Source: Malacoraja senta
Taxonomy: Eukaryota
Length of the DNA stretch: 64,000 nucleotides
NCBI GenBank assembly: GCA_038087875.1
Contig: CM075989.1
Span: 6,884,001-6,948,000 of the forward strand
Direction of reading: 5' to 3'
Shown one piece after another: positions 24,366 to 38,494 of the stretch. Below the pieces are notes generated by a model. That model was not told the DNA's origin. It worked only from the letters and a program-made list of their open reading frames with translations, and made no database searches. Position 1 is the stretch's first letter; every line of letters begins with the position of its first letter. Made by a program: the position numbers and the translations under genes.

Positions 24366-24994
24366 CTGAAACTTGAAAGGTAAAAGTTGGCACTGGAAAC
24401 ATGATGACCAGGAATTTATTCTTCAGAGGTTTTAAAAACATAGTTTTATCTTGGTCTGAAAAAGCCCATTGCTTTGGCACGGGCACAGGGTCAGTGTTGC
24501 AGGGGTCGGCCTGGCCTGGCTATGCTGTGGATGTCCTCCACCACTGCTCCACCACACCGTGTCTGACCTCTGTGGGGCATTGTATCCATGAGATTACCCG
24601 GCCACAGCAGGGCCTCCACCAATGCCCCGACCCGCCAACGCGTGGTCCTCTCACCAACCTTAGCCGGCAATCCCTTTCAGTGCTCCACCACACCTCGGCA
24701 GCCCATCTCAAGACCCCCAGAGCCTCTCCGAGAGCGTGGGTGGTGAGCCCTCATCTGCTCACGGGCACCGATCCCCTCCTCCATCTGCTGCTGCCGCCGC
24801 CATCGTATCTCTTCAATCAGGTTTGATGAGAAAACACAAAGGTCTTGAAAGGAAAATAGAATTAGACAAAAGACAATAGGTGCAGGAGTAGGCCATTCGG
24901 CCCTTCGAGCCAGCACCGCAACAATTGAAGAACATAGAACATGAACCAGGGAAAAGTACAACCAATGAAACCAATCCAATTTAGGATATTAACA

Positions 24995-25161
24995 GTGTTA
25001 AAGAAGGAACTGCAGATGCTGGAAAATCGAAGGTACACAAAAATGCTGGAGAAACTCAGCAGGAAACTCTGAAGAAGGGTTTCGGCCCGAAACGTTGCCT
25101 ATTTCCTTCGCTCCATAGATGCTGCTGCACCCGCTGAGTTTCTCCAGCATTTTTGTGTACC
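24995..25161. mobile_element. Fold-back Penelope-end insert with an intact hammerhead-type core (25069-25096)
   Basis: CTGAAGA-A-GGGTTTCGGCCC-GAAACGTT, flanked by TTAGGATRTTAACA (24981-24994, 25162-25175). Confidence 0.8.
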
Positions 25162-25406
25162 TTAGGATGTTAACACGTGGACCAGTCTTATTCTTTTCAT
25201 TGAACATAGAACAGTAGAGCACAGGAACAAGCCCTTTGGCCCACAATATCTGAGCTGAACATAATGCCTCCTGTAGATAATGACACCAGCCTGCTCCCAA
25301 ATCAGCCTGCTCCTTGCATATCCATGTGCCTATCTAAAGAGGGAAAATTCATTCTTAATAGGTAATAATCAGAACAATACAAGGAGGAAATAACAGGTTA
25401 GATTTA

Positions 25407-25723
25407 AGGGCCTGTCCCACTGTATGAGGTAATTCATGGACTCTCCCGAGTAAAAAAAAAAATCAAACTTGTGGTAAGTACATAGAATGTACGTAGCAGG
25501 TATGTCGGAGCTCGGGACGTCTCTTAGCGGCTCGTAACGCTAATGGCTGGTACTCGGGAAACGCGGTAAGCTCGTGAAGACTCGTGAAGATTTTTCAACA
25601 TGTTGAAAAATGTCCACGAGAGTCCCGAGTACCTACGAGCGGCGATTACCGTAATTCTCTCAGTTCGAATCAGGGGAAACTCGGGAGAACTCTTGAATTA
25701 CCTCGTACAGTGGGACAGGCCCT
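25407..25723. mobile_element. Harbinger-type MITE
   Basis: TIR AGGGCCTGTCCCACTGTA; flanks are TTA and TAA. Confidence 0.8.
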
Positions 25724-26316
25724 TAAGGAAGAGAGAAAGAAAGGAAAAATTAGCAAGAGTTAGAAAAATACATTCAAATATAAACCAAATCAAATTGCAC
25801 TAGAAAGTTAATTACCTGTAACAATGAGAGTGTGGACCTAACATCAGGGGTCCTTCCACACATCTTCTGGAGAAACCTAGACCCTGTTGTCCCAGCAATG
25901 GTCTTCAAGGGGCACTCCTTAGGCAGAAGATAGACACAAAAAGCTGGAGTAACTCAGCGGGTCAGGCAGCACCTCTGGAGAGAAGGAATGGGTGACGTTT
26001 TGTGTTGAGACCCTCCTTCAGCCTGAGAGTCAGGGGAGAGGAAAACTAAAGATATGAAGAGGTACAAAGAACAAATGAATGGAAAGATATGCAGAAGGAC
26101 AAGACAAAGCCAGCAACCATGATCAAGGAAAGGAGCAGGAGCTGGAGAGCAGGAGGAATCACAGAGGGGGTGGAGCGAAAGTGGGGGTGTTGCAGAGCTC
26201 TCATCCGAGAGAGGAGAACTTCTTCAAAGTAGGCATACCTGGAGGAGATGGTGGAGTGGAGCAAACTGCAGCCTGGTCCTTCAGTGCAGCGAAACAACTA
26301 CAAGTTTGTACACTTA

Positions 26317-26615
26317 AGGGCCTGTCCCACTTGGGCCGTCATTTACGCGACAGGCCGGTAGTGACTGACGCGCGACGGTCGCGCGCCTCATCATGCGTCC
26401 GCACAGCCGTCTGGAGCGTGTGACGTCATTTGAAGATGGACACAAAATGCAGGAGTAACTCAGCGGGACCGGCAGCGAAGAGAAGGAATGGATGAAGTTT
26501 CGGGACGAGATTCATCTTCAGTCTGAAGAAGGGTCTCGACCCCAAACGTCACCCATTGCTTCTCTCCAGAGATGCTGCCGGTCCCGCTGAGTTACTCCAG
26601 CATTTTGTGTCTACC
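26317..26615. mobile_element. Truncated Harbinger-type MITE (~26317-26432) abutting a fold-back Penelope end
   Basis: Left TIR only, followed by an inverted pair of Penelope ends centred at ~26521. Confidence 0.7.
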
Positions 26616-27741
26616 TCCAATCGTCTTTGCCCCGCTCTGGGAGTAGGAGTGGGGGCGGATCCGGATCTGTGAGCCCCAGGCCGAGCTCGGCGATCGCTTG
26701 CTTGCTTCTGCTGCTGTTGGACGTGAGACGTTGTGCCGTGCCGGGGTCTATTAGTTCTCTCCACTCTTTAGGGTCCTCTCCTCTTTGCATTATTTGTACA
26801 TCTCTCCCCCCAGCATCCAAAGGCCACAATGTCCAGCGCACGTGGAATTAATGTGCAAGAGTACACCAGGGGAATGACACTGACTTGGATTGCTCAAGAA
26901 ACAGCATTAACCCCTTCTGTGCCACAGTAACCTTATGGCTCTATAACAGGTACCAACCTTTGAGTAAATTACACCGTGCCACAGCAGATAGAGCTGCTGC
27001 CTCATATCATCAGAGACCCAGTTTCAATCCTGACCTCGGGTGCTTTCTGTGTGGAGTTTGCACGTTCTCCCCATGACCGCGTGGGTTTTCCCTGGGTGCT
27101 CCGGTTTCCCCCTCACATCCCAAAGCCGTGCGGGTTTGTAGGTTACATTGGCCATCTGTAAAAGTGCTTCTAGTGTGTGGGAGTGGGTGAGAAAGTTGTG
27201 TCCCATAGAATTAGCGTAAACGGGCAATCGATGGTTGGCGTGGACTCAGCGGGTTCAAAGGGCCTGTTTCCATGCTGTATCTAGAACCTGAACAGCAGAT
27301 GCTGGTTTATACTGAAGATAGACACAAAATGCTGGAGTAACTCAGCGGGACAGGCAGCATCTCTGGAAAAAGAAAAAGGTGATGTTTTGGGTCGAGACCC
27401 TTCATCAGACTGAGGTTATTTCAATGGGGGCAGGAGCAGGCAGAAAGAATGGCTCAGTCTGAGGAACGGTCTCGACCCAAAATGCCACATATTCCTTTTC
27501 TCCAGAGATGCTCTAGAGATGCTGCCTGGCCCGCTGAGTTACTCCAGCATTTTGCGTCAATCTGGATTAAATTGAACGTGGGCCAGTGGATGTCTGGAAT
27601 GGATATCAGAAAATCATCAAATCAGAATGACTTTGATCTAACTGATTCATTCGCCAGCTCCTCAGCGAATAAAATATATACTTCATTCTAATAAAACTCA
27701 GTGTTTGGATGAGGACGAGTGGTGTTATCCATGATGTACCA

Positions 27742-27921
27742 TGTGTAGCAAGGAACTGCAGATGCTGGTTTAAACTGAAGATAGACATAAAATGGTGGAG
27801 TAACTCAGCAGGACAGGCAGCATCTCTGGAGTCTGAAGAAGGGTCTCGACCTGAAATGTCACCCATTCATTCTCTCCAGAGGTGCTGCCCATCCCGCTGA
27901 GTTACTCCAGCATTTTGTGTC
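27742..27921. mobile_element. Fold-back Penelope-end insert
   Basis: Inverted arms, decayed hammerhead core at ~27833, 16-bp TSD with 1 mismatch. Confidence 0.8.
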
Positions 27922-28452
27922 TATCCGTGATGTACCAGTCAGGCTCATACATAATACATGAGTGATTAAAACCCAGGCCTGATTTGCATCCATAGATTTT
28001 TATTATTCAAATTGTGTCTTGATGAGTATTAATCTTTAAGGGCTGTGCACCAGCATATCAATTATAATCTTCAATTAAATTTGGAGGGAAATGAACAGAC
28101 TTGCCTTTGTCTGGCTTTTCAAGATAGGGATTTTATTCTGAGGCTTTAGTGGGGGGAAGTAGTTTCTTCAAGTTAAATCTTTGAAGGATTTTCAGTTCAG
28201 TAATCTTTTGGAGGAAGAAGCAAATTTAACTCAGTCCATGCTATTTCAGTGTGTTTCATTCTCATGCATTAAAATCTTTGATGCCTATATATTTAGCCTT
28301 GGTGGTGACGTTAGAGCTACAGTAGAATAACCAAGATCCAGAGAAGAGGGGCTTATATACTGAGAACTCCATCCACAGACCCAACACAGTTAGTGATGTT
28401 CATTAGTGAGGGGTACCAGACCTAATATCACAGTTACTGTGAGAGTATTGGC

Positions 28453-29054
28453 TAAGACAAGATACAAGACAAGATACATTTATTTGTCACATGTACCACG
28501 TCGGGACTGGAGGACGTCCTCAGCGAGTCGGCCACCTCCTACCGGAGTCCGCGGCTCCCGAAGTCCACGGGCCGCGCTGGGCGGAGATTCAGCGCTGGCG
28601 GCCCTCAGCAAAGGGCCCCAGATCTCCACCATGTTGGTCAGCGCCGGCCGCGCTGGAAGCTCTCCAAACCACAGCTCCGCGATGTTGGAGCAGCGGCCCA
28701 GCATTCCGGAGCTCCAAACGGCGACCCAGGTTGGCATCGCCCGCTCCGCGGTGAATCCAGTGCTGCGCCGCCGCTGCTGCTGAAGCTCTGGTCCGGGTCC
28801 CCAGCAGGAAAGGCCGCTCCAATCCAGGTGGTAGGCCGCGAGGAGGGGGGCGAGGACGCGACTCGGAGAATAGTCGCGTCCCCGCCAGGAAGTGACTGGG
28901 AAACGGTTTCCCCCTTACCCTACCACCCTCCCCCACATAGAAAAACTAAAGAAACCTCCAACACAAACTTTAAAACTGACTAAAAATTTAAAAAAAGATT
29001 GAAAAACAGACAGGCTGTAGGCAGAGGCAGCCTTCAATGCGGCGCCCCTAGTGG
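28453..29054 (-). mobile_element. GC-rich retroposon, internally deleted relative of 22028-22865
   Basis: Same 5' head and body; lacks ~240 bp next to the 3' end. Confidence 0.8.
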
Positions 29055-31009
29055 TTTAGATATTCGTAGCTAAGCTAACATATTCTTAGTAGAGCTAAGA
29101 TAGTATAAGATTTTGTTTTATTAAGTTGGAAGATCACACTTTGTTTTACAGAGAAACAAGAAACTGCAGATGCTGGAATCTTGAGTAGAAAGGAATAGGA
29201 ATAGGATTAGGAAGACTTTATTGTGACTAAACACAGTGAGATTCTTTGCATGCATGCACAATGTATACAAATGGCAGCCACCTACAGCGCTGACAAAGTT
29301 ACAAAGCATCCGGCTCCCCCTTTTTGTCCCCCCTACCCCCACTAAAACATAAAGAGTTGGATGAACTCAGCGGGTCAGGCAGTATCCATGGAGGAAATGG
29401 ACAGACAATGTTTCAGGTCAGGCCTACTGAGTCCACACAGAACTAGTGTGAAGGGGTGATCGATAGTCAATGTTATCCCACTTAGGCATCCACTCCTTAT
29501 ACACTAGGGGCAATTTACAGAGGCCTATAAACCTGCGAGTCTTTGGGATGTGGGTGGAGACTGGAGCACCTGGAAGGAACCTATGCAGTCACAGGAAGAA
29601 TGGGAAAACCACACGCAGCTAGCACCTGAGGTCAGGATTGAACCTGGGACTCTGGAACTGTGAATCAGCAGCTCTACAAGCTGCACCTCCATGCCAGTAC
29701 ATTCTTTACTCAATCACTGGCCAGATTATCAAATCTCGTGCTCAGTGCATGAAGATTGTCTGATTTTGAGAGGTCCTGCCGGAGAGACAAGGGCAAGATC
29801 TAGGTTGATGTGGTACCTTGGGAGTGCCGCAGTGCCAGAGTCTGAATGAGATATTAACCGTCAGCTTTGTCTGCTGTCTGAAGGGAGTTTAGTTTAGAGA
29901 TACAGCGCGGAAACACGCCCTTCAGCCCACCGAGTCTGCACCGACCAGCGATCCCCGCACACTAACACTATCCTACACATTAGAGTCATAGAGTGATACA
30001 GTGTGTGGAAACAGGCCCTTCGACCCTACTATCCCACACCAGCCAACATGTCCCAGCTACACTAGCCCCACCTGCTAGGATTTGGTCCAAACCCTTCCAA
30101 ACTTGTCCTATCCATGTACCTGTCTAACCTTTACAATTTTACCAAGCCAATTAACCTATGAACCTGTAAATCTTTGGAGTGTGAGAGTAAACCGGAACAC
30201 CAGGGGAAAACCCACGCAGGTCACGGAGAGAACGTGCAAACTCCGCAGAGGCAGCACCCGTAGTCAGGATGGAACCCGGGTCTCTGGCGCTGCAAGGCAG
30301 CAGCTCTACCACTACAAAGTGTACGGTACAAATGCACAGTAGTATATGGAAGAGCAAGAGGGTTCTCCACGGTACGCTGACCAACATTTATCTCTCAACC
30401 AACCACGTAAAACATGTCACCTGTGGTGCATCTCTCGTGGTTTTCGGGAGCTCGCTGAGTAAGTTTCACTGGCTTTACTTCCACACTCAGCACTGGCTCT
30501 AAACAGCTAGTGACAAGCTGACATTGTGAAATCTTGGCCCGGATACAAATCCTTGCTATTCTTTAGCTTCGAAAGGCAGCACCTCCTGACTGGGAAAGGG
30601 AAAATACCATCTTCCACAAAGAAGCAGTGCAAGGTGATTCTCAAAGTATTTTTTGAAAGAAAGGGCTTTAAAGATTGATTGAAGCATTGACCAAGACTGG
30701 TGGATGTATCTAATAAAAGTAGGCTTCGTATTTTGGGCCACTCTCTATGATTTTTCATATTTAATAAAGGTGCACCAGTAAAATCGTAAGGATACATTAT
30801 TAATGGGATAAATAATGTTTCAAAAATTGATTTGTTTTTACTAAGCCTATTAATGTTGAAAGCTAAATGTACCTTAAATCCAAGAAAGACATCACTGAAA
30901 TCCCCAAACACAGTGAACAACTTGTAAAGCAATGCAATGCCAATATGATTTAGAGCAAAAATCGAACTGCTGGTGGAACTAATTGGGTCAAGCAGCATCG
31001 GTGGAGGTT

Positions 31010-31585
31010 TTATAGTATTTTAGTTTTGGAGCTGCAGCGCGGAAACAGGCCCTTCGGCCCACCAAGTCCACACCGACCAGCGATCCCCACACATAAACAC
31101 TATACCTACACACACTAGGGACAGTTTCACATTCAAACCAAGCCAATTAACCTACAAACCTGTACGTCTTTGGAGTGTGCGAGGAAACCGAAGATCTCGG
31201 AGAAAACCCACGCGGTCACGGGGAGAACGTGCAAACTCCGTACAGACAGCACCCGTAGTTTGGATTGAACCCGGGTCTCTAGCGCTGTAAGGCAGTAACT
31301 ACTGCTGCACCACCTTTAGTTTTAGAGTTATTACATGGAACCAGTCCCTGCGGTCCACCAAGCCCACGCCAACCATTGATCACGAGATCATTCAACACCA
31401 GTCCTATGTTATCCCACTTTCTCATCCACTCCCTACACACTAGGGGCAATCTAAAGGGTCCAATCAACCAACAAACCTACACATCTTTGCAAGGTGGGGG
31501 GGAGACCAGAGCACATAGAGGAAATACATGCGGTCTCAGGGAGAACATGCAAACTCCACGCAGACAGAACCTGAGGTCTGACCCG
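31010..31585 (-). mobile_element. Two adjacent V-SINEs
   Basis: Copies at ~31010-31315 and ~31318-31585 (the second is older). Confidence 0.75.
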
Positions 31586-31589
31586 ACGT

Positions 31590-32700
31590 AAAGGGGAGAT
31601 ACTGACAGAGAACCCAGAGGTGGACTAGGTGACCAGTTCCTACATCACCCACACTTGGTCTGCAATGGCCATCCTGACCTCCTGGTTGAATGCCACCTCA
31701 ACGGCCCTTTCCACTCCTAGACTCAGTTCTCAGTTCTCGGCCTTCTCCGCTTCTCGGCTAAACACAAACTAGAAGAAGACCACCTCATATTTTACAACTC
31801 AATGGTAGAAACAGTGACTTTTCCAGTTTCAGGTAACATTCTTTCTCTCTCCTGGTTCCCCTCCTCTTTGTCACCAAGTTTCTTTCCCACTCCTATTCAG
31901 TTCCACCTGCATAGCACCCAAGCACTGCACCTTCTGGTTTTCCTAACCCTACCCCCACCTGTCTCCCTCTGTCCGCCTGCCAGCCCTCCCGCTCTCACCC
32001 CTTCCCCTCTCACCCCTCCCCCCTCCCCCTCTCACCCCTCACCCTCACTCCTCCCACTCTCACCCCTCCCCCTCTCACCCCTCCCCCTCTCACCCCTCCC
32101 TCACTCACCCCTCCCCCTCTGACCCCTCCCTCACTCACCCCTCCCCCTCTCACCCCTCCCTCTCTCACCCCTCCCCCTCTCCCACCCTTCCATCTCACCC
32201 CTCCCTCTCTCACCCCTCCCCCTCTCACCCCTCCCCCTCTCACTCACCCCCTCTCTCACCCCCCCCCTCTCCCACCCTTCCATCTCACCCCTCTCCCTCT
32301 CACCCCTCCCGCTCTCACCCCTCCCCCTCACCCCTCACCCTCACTCCTCTCCCTCTCACCCCTCCCTCTCTCACCCCTCTCCCTCTCACCCCTCTCCCTC
32401 TCACCCCTCCCCCTCTCACCCCTCCCCCTCTCACCCCTCTCCCTCTCACCCCTCCCCCTCTCACCCCTCTCCCGCTCACCCCTCTCCCTCTCACCCCTCT
32501 CCCTCTCACCGCTCCCCCTCTCACCCTTCCATCTCACCCCTCTCCCTCTCACCCCTTCCCCTCTCACCCCTCCCTCTCTCACCCCTTCCCCTCTCACCTT
32601 TACACCCTCAGCTCTGAGGCTGGGTCACGACCCAATCGTTGATCATCTCTTTGCTTCCACAGTCGTTGCCTCATCCATTGAGTTCCTCTCCTAGTTGTTT
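31590..32700 (+). mobile_element. Old Penelope 3' part (decayed GIY-YIG region and pLTR) split by a microsatellite
   Basis: LGDQF..H / KLEEDHLIF-like remnant and a decayed hammerhead-type motif at ~32634. Confidence 0.6.
31990..32600. repeat. Pyrimidine-rich minisatellite (~15-bp CTCTCACCCCTCCCC unit)
   Basis: Directly visible. Confidence 0.95.
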
Positions 32701-32802
32701 TCAAACCCACTACGTTGTTCCCGTGGTTCGGTTTTGTGCTCCTGATTCCAGCATCGGTGGTCACCCATGTAGCCATTAAGACATGATTTAACTGGTGTAT
32801 CA

Positions 32803-33095
32803 AGGGCAGCACAGTGGCGCTACTGTAGAGTTGCTGCCTTGCAGCGCCAGAGACCCGGGTTCAATCCTGAGTACAGGTGCTGTCTGTGCGGAGTTTGTAC
32901 GTTCTCCTTGAGATCGCATCGGATTTCTCCGGGTGCTCCACCTTCCTCCCACACTCCAAAAACGTACAGTTTTGTAGGTTAATTGGCTTTGGTGAAAAAT
33001 TGTAAATTGTCCCCAGTGTGTAGAATAGTGTTAGTGTATGGTCTCAGTGGGCCGAAGGGCATGTTTACACGCTGTATCTTTAAAATCTAAAATGT
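32803..33095 (+). mobile_element. HE1-like V-SINE
   Basis: Head, V-domain and tail. Confidence 0.8.
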
Positions 33096-33319
33096 AAAAA
33101 TCAAGAATGATTTTTATTTCAGTTCATAAAGCCAGTAACAGAGTTAATCATACCAGATGCATCAATGTATTTTTCATCTTGAGATAAAAGGAAATACTTA
33201 TAGAATAACACTCCTGCTTAGCACCAGTGACCCAAGACTATATTCATCCTTTCAAGTAATCCAGCTCTTCAGAACAGACAGCGTTGCTCACTCCTTGGCA
33301 GTCTTTCATTGTGGGGAGA

Positions 33320-33830
33320 AGAAGCATGTATATTTAGCATTTATTTCAGGAGGGCTTGTATACAAAAAACAGGGATGTAGTGCTGAGGGCCTGGTAAGTT
33401 GCATTTGGAATATTATGGGTAATTTTGGGCAAGGATGTGCTGGCTCTGGAGAGTGTCCAGAGGAGGTTTACAAGAATTATCCCAAGAATGAGTGAGGTTA
33501 ACCTAGGATGAGCGTTTGTCAGCACTGGGCCCGTACTCGCTGGAGTTTAGAAGATTGAGAGGGGAGCTCATTGAAACGTACAGAATAGTGAAAGGCTTGG
33601 GTGGAGTGGATGTGGAGAGGATGTTTCCACTAGTGGGAGAGTCTAGGACTAGATGTCACAGCCATCAGTGAATATTTTTAAGGCAGAGATTGATAGATTT
33701 TTGATTAGTATGGGTGTCAGAGGTTATGGGGAGAAGGCAGGAGAATGAAGTTAGGAGGGAGAGATAGATCAGCCGTGATTGAATGGCGGAGTAGACTCAA
33801 TGGCCTAATTCTACTCCAATCACTTATGAC
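33320..33830 (+). mobile_element. CR1 3' fragment, decayed
   Basis: LGPYSLEFRRLRGELIETY-type remnant plus UTR. Confidence 0.8.
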
Positions 33831-34662
33831 CTTCAGACCTCCTGAGCTTGGTAGATGTTTGATCAGAGTTGCCCATTATTTGTTTGCCTCAGAGTTGAAC
33901 GGACCCTTCTGCAAGATAAGAAAATGATTGAGGACACATTTAAACTGTGATCTGGCAGTAAAGCCCCAGAGTTTACTAAGTTAATAATCTTCACCCTTCC
34001 CATCCTGGGAGTTATTGAAGTGAGTTGCCAAAACAGCCATCACTCAAGTGGGATTTTACGTGCAATTGAATTTTAACAGAAAACTGACCATTAAACTCAA
34101 TTGTGTATTTAATGCATTTAGCAGGAAGTCTGCAATATTGCTGCCAAGCCCTTAGCAAGGGTGATGTACTGGGGCAAGGAGATACCAGACATGCACAGTT
34201 ACATCTAGTTGTTCACAAAGTGGGAATAGGCTCGATGGGCCGAATAGCCTAATTCTGCTCCTTAGGGTCTTATGAGCACCTTTCATTTCATTGTATGCAA
34301 GATCATTGTGCACATGGCTCATTGTCATGTTATGTTTCATATTTCATAATAGGGCTCTCAGCCATTAATCCCTATGGCCACGGATTTCAAGTAACCTATT
34401 CTCTCTCACATAATCATCAATTCCACCCTGAAGTTTCTACTACCCATCCACACCCGGGCAATTTATAGGAGTCTATTGACTGATATAGGAGACAGGAATG
34501 CCTGGAGTAAACCCACGCAGTTAGAGTGAGAATGTGCCAACTCCACAGAGATAGCAGCAGATGTCAGTATTGAACCCGTGTCACTGGAGCTGTCAGGGAC
34601 TAGCTCATCGCGCAAGTCACCATACTGCCCACTCTATTGTAAGCCCGGCTTGTTCCTTTGTG

Positions 34663-34894
34663 CCAAAGACAGACATAAAAAGCTGGAGTAACTCAGCGGG
34701 ACAGGCAGCATCTCTGGAGAGATGGAATGGGTGATGTTTTGGGTCGAGACCCATTCAAAGAGTCTGAAGAAGGGTCTCGTCCCGAAACGTCACCTATTCC
34801 TTCTCTCCGGAGATGCTGCCTGTCCCGCTGAGTTACACCAGATTTTTGTGTCTATTTTCGGTTTAAACCAGCATCTGCAGTTCCTTCCTACATA
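34663..34894. mobile_element. Fold-back Penelope-end insert
   Basis: Inverted arms, hammerhead-type core at ~34764-34791, perfect 13-bp TSD TTGTTCCTTTGTG. Confidence 0.85.
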
Positions 34895-35719
34895 TTGTTC
34901 CTTTGTGTGCTTGGCCCATTCAATTTGGAACAAGGACTCTGCTATTGTGCCCGGGATCAGGTCTATTGTATTTGGACTCTACATGCAGTCGAATCTTCCG
35001 TGCTTGCCCCCGAATTGTACATGAGTTAATTTCATACAAAAATGTAGAACTATTTTGTACACTTAACTAGTTTAGAAAGGTATCAGAAGATCCCCAGCAT
35101 TGTCAGAGAAGGGCAAGGCACTCACTCTTTCGGCTTTCACACAAATGTTATTCACACAAGTTAAAGAACATTGAACGGATTCACAAGGAACTGCAGATGC
35201 TGGTTTACAAAAAAAGACACAAACTGCTGGAGTAACTCAGCAGGCAGGCTGCATCTCTGGAGAGCATGGATAAGTGATATTTCTGTTCCCTTCTTCAGCC
35301 ACTGATGCTATCCGGCACTTTATGTCTTTCTTTTAAAGAACGTTGAATGCTTTATTCATCTCAATATTCCTCGTGCGATTTTGTTGTCGGGCAAAACAAG
35401 CTTCATGTTTGCACGCAACACTAAGTGCTAGAGGTTGATCAGTGGGTCAGGCAGCATCTGTGCAGTACATGTATAGCTGCCGTTTCGGGTCAGTTTAGTT
35501 CAGTTTACCGAGGTACAGTGAAAAGCTTTTCTCGCGTGCTAACCAGTTAGCGGAAAGGCAATCCTTGATTCCAATCGAGCCATTTACATTGTATAGAGAT
35601 TTAAAAGTGTGGGCCGATTGTAATACGTGATTGTAGGGTCCCGACCCTTGTCCAGTCTAATGATGTTTTGGTAAAGATAGAGTGAGGATGGGGGACAGGT
35701 GGGATGATAGAGAAGCTTT

Positions 35720-37490
35720 TAGATACATAGATACATAGAAAATAGGTGCAGGAGTAGGCCATTCGGCCCTTCGAGCCTGCACCGCCATTCAATATGATCA
35801 TGGCTGATCATCCAACTCAGTATCCCGTACCTGCCTTCTCTCCATACCCCCTGATCCCCTTAGCCACAAGGGCCACATTTAACTTCCTCTTAAATATAGC
35901 CAATGAACTGGCCTCAACTACCCTCTGTGGCAGAGAGTTCCAGAGATTCACCACTCTCTGTGTGAAAACGTTTTTCCTCATCTCGGTCTTAAAGGATTTC
36001 CCCCTTATCCTTAAGCTGTGACCCCTTGTCCTGGACTTCCAAACATCGGGAACAATCTTCCTGCATCTAGCCTGTCCAACCCCATAAGAATTTTGTAGTT
36101 TTTTCTATAAGATCCCCTCTCAATCTCCTAAATTCTAGCGAGTCACACTCCACCACGACACACCTTTGTCCATCTCACACTATGAATTAGTAAATTCATT
36201 TACTTTTGCTTAGGACGTATTGTTCTCCAAAATGTCGACGGATGACTGATCTGTGTCACAGCCCATTACTGAGAGAGAAACCTTTATTGCTTTACCTCCT
36301 GAAATATACTGCCTCTACTAATTGTGTCCACCCATGTATAAAACCTGCAAAAACAGATTACATTTAAACTGTGTACTTTGGATAATTTACCTTCACTAAG
36401 CTGAAGCTATCACACATACAACACAGATAGGTACAGCACAAGAACAGGCCCTTCGGCCCACAATGCCTCTGCCGAACATGACAATAGACAATAGACAATA
36501 GGTGCAGGAGTAGGCCATTCGGCCCTTCAAGCCAGCACCGCTATTCACTGTGATCATGGCTGATCATCCACACTCAGTACCCCGTTCCTGCCTTTTCCCC
36601 ATATCCCCTGACTCCTTTATCTTCAAGAGCTCTATCCAACTCTCTCATGAAAGTATCCAGAGAACCGGCCTCCACCGCCTTCTGAGGCAGTGAATTCCAC
36701 AGACTCACAACTCTCTGTGTGAAAAAGATTTTCCTCGTCTCCGTTCTAAATGGTTTACCCCTTATTCTTAAACTGTGGCCCCTGGTTCTGGAATCCCCCA
36801 ACATCGGGAACATAATGATGCCAAGACCATCTCTTACTTCCTGGACATAATCCATATTGCTTCATTCCCTGCACATCCATGTGCCTATCCAATACTCCAA
36901 AATGCACTATCATAACCATGGTTTAACCATCATCTCCGACTGCACTCAGCGCCCGCTGAGTAAAGGAAGATGCCGTGCACATCTGTTTTAAACTTTGGCC
37001 CTCTTGCCTTCAAGCTATCCCATCCAGTATTTGATTTTTCCACCCTCGAAAAAAGGTTTTGACTGCCTGCACAGTCTATGCCTCTCGTAACGTTATACAC
37101 ATCTAGCAGGTCTCCCGGCAGGTCCAACGTCGTTCCAGAGAAAACAATCAGTCTGTCCAACCACTCCCTGTAGCTAATACTCCCTAATCCAGGCAACATT
37201 CTGGTAAACCACCTGCACCCTTTCCAAAGCCTTCACATCCTTCCATTGGGACACCCAGAAGTGCATGTAACACTCCAAATGTGGTCAAACCAAGCTCCTA
37301 TAAAACTGCATCCAGACGTCCTGACTCTTATACCGAATGCACCGACCTCCGGAAACAAGCACATGCTTCTTCACCACTCTATCTATGTGGATTGCCGCTT
37401 CCAGGGAGTTATGGACTTGGACCCCAGGATCACTCTGTACATCAATGCTGTTAAGGGTCATGCCATTAATTGTAGCTTTTCCCCTTACTT
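35720..37490 (-). mobile_element. Cluster of CR1 3' fragments (~35720-36140, 36480-36810, 36870-37490)
   Basis: RTRGHSLRIRG..FFTQRVVSLWNSLP motifs and CR1 tails. Confidence 0.8.
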
Positions 37491-38494
37491 TAAATTTTTT
37501 TTTAGTTCAGAGATACAGCGCAGATTTCGGCCCACCGTGTCCGCACTGACCAGCGGTCCCAGCACAATAACACTATCCTACACACACGAGGGACAATTTA
37601 CACTTATACCAAGCCAATTATACCTGCCTCAGAGGGCGGTGGAGGCAGGTTCTCTGGATGCTTTCAAGAGAGAGCTAGATAGGGCTCTTAAAGATAGCAG
37701 AGTCAGGGGATATGGGGAGAAGGCAGGAACGGGGTATTGATTGGGGATGATCAGCCATGATCACATTGAATGGCGGTGCTGGCTTGAGGGGCCGAATGGC
37801 CTACTCCCGCACCTATTGTCTATTGTCTATTGTCTAATTAACCTACAAATCTGTACGTCTTTGGAGTGTGGGAGAAAACCGAAGATCTCGGAGAAAACCC
37901 ACGCAGGTCAAGGGGAGAACGTACAAACTCTGTACAGACAGCGCCCATAGTCAGGATTGAACCCGGGTCTCTGGCACTGTAAGGCAGCAACTCTACCGCT
38001 GCGCCACTGTGCCACCCTATTCATACAGTTGGGTTGTCAGCTGCCCAAGTGAAATGAGGTACTAAATTACTGGTCAGATTTCCCTTGACCTCCCAAAGTG
38101 CCACACCTCACACTGGCTCGGATTAAACTCAATAGCCATTTCACCGACCATTTGTATAGCTGGCCCATATCCCACTGTATAGCCTGGTAGCCTTCCTCGC
38201 AGGCTGTGATCCCAACTTCTATCTAAGCCAGTTCTGAATCCACACTACCAAATCATTTTTAATCCTGTGCATTGTATTTGGTTCAGTCAACCCATTTCTG
38301 AACTGGCATTGAAGGCACATTGCAGATGTTGATGTAATAACATACTGTCCGAACCATTGCACATTTTCTTGAGAGGTTATCTTAGTTTCCTGGTCTGAGC
38401 TGGTTGACCACATAGTGGCAACTCCTATCCAGACATGGTTCAAGAGCACCCACTGGTGTTGCAACAAGTTAAAGCAGTTCGTAAACACAGCTAA

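Noticed and set aside
30507..30998. 163-aa minus-strand ORF
   Set aside because: Starts inside a repeat fragment and shows no recognisable domain.
32010..32597. RG/ER-rich ORFs
   Set aside because: Translations of the minisatellite.
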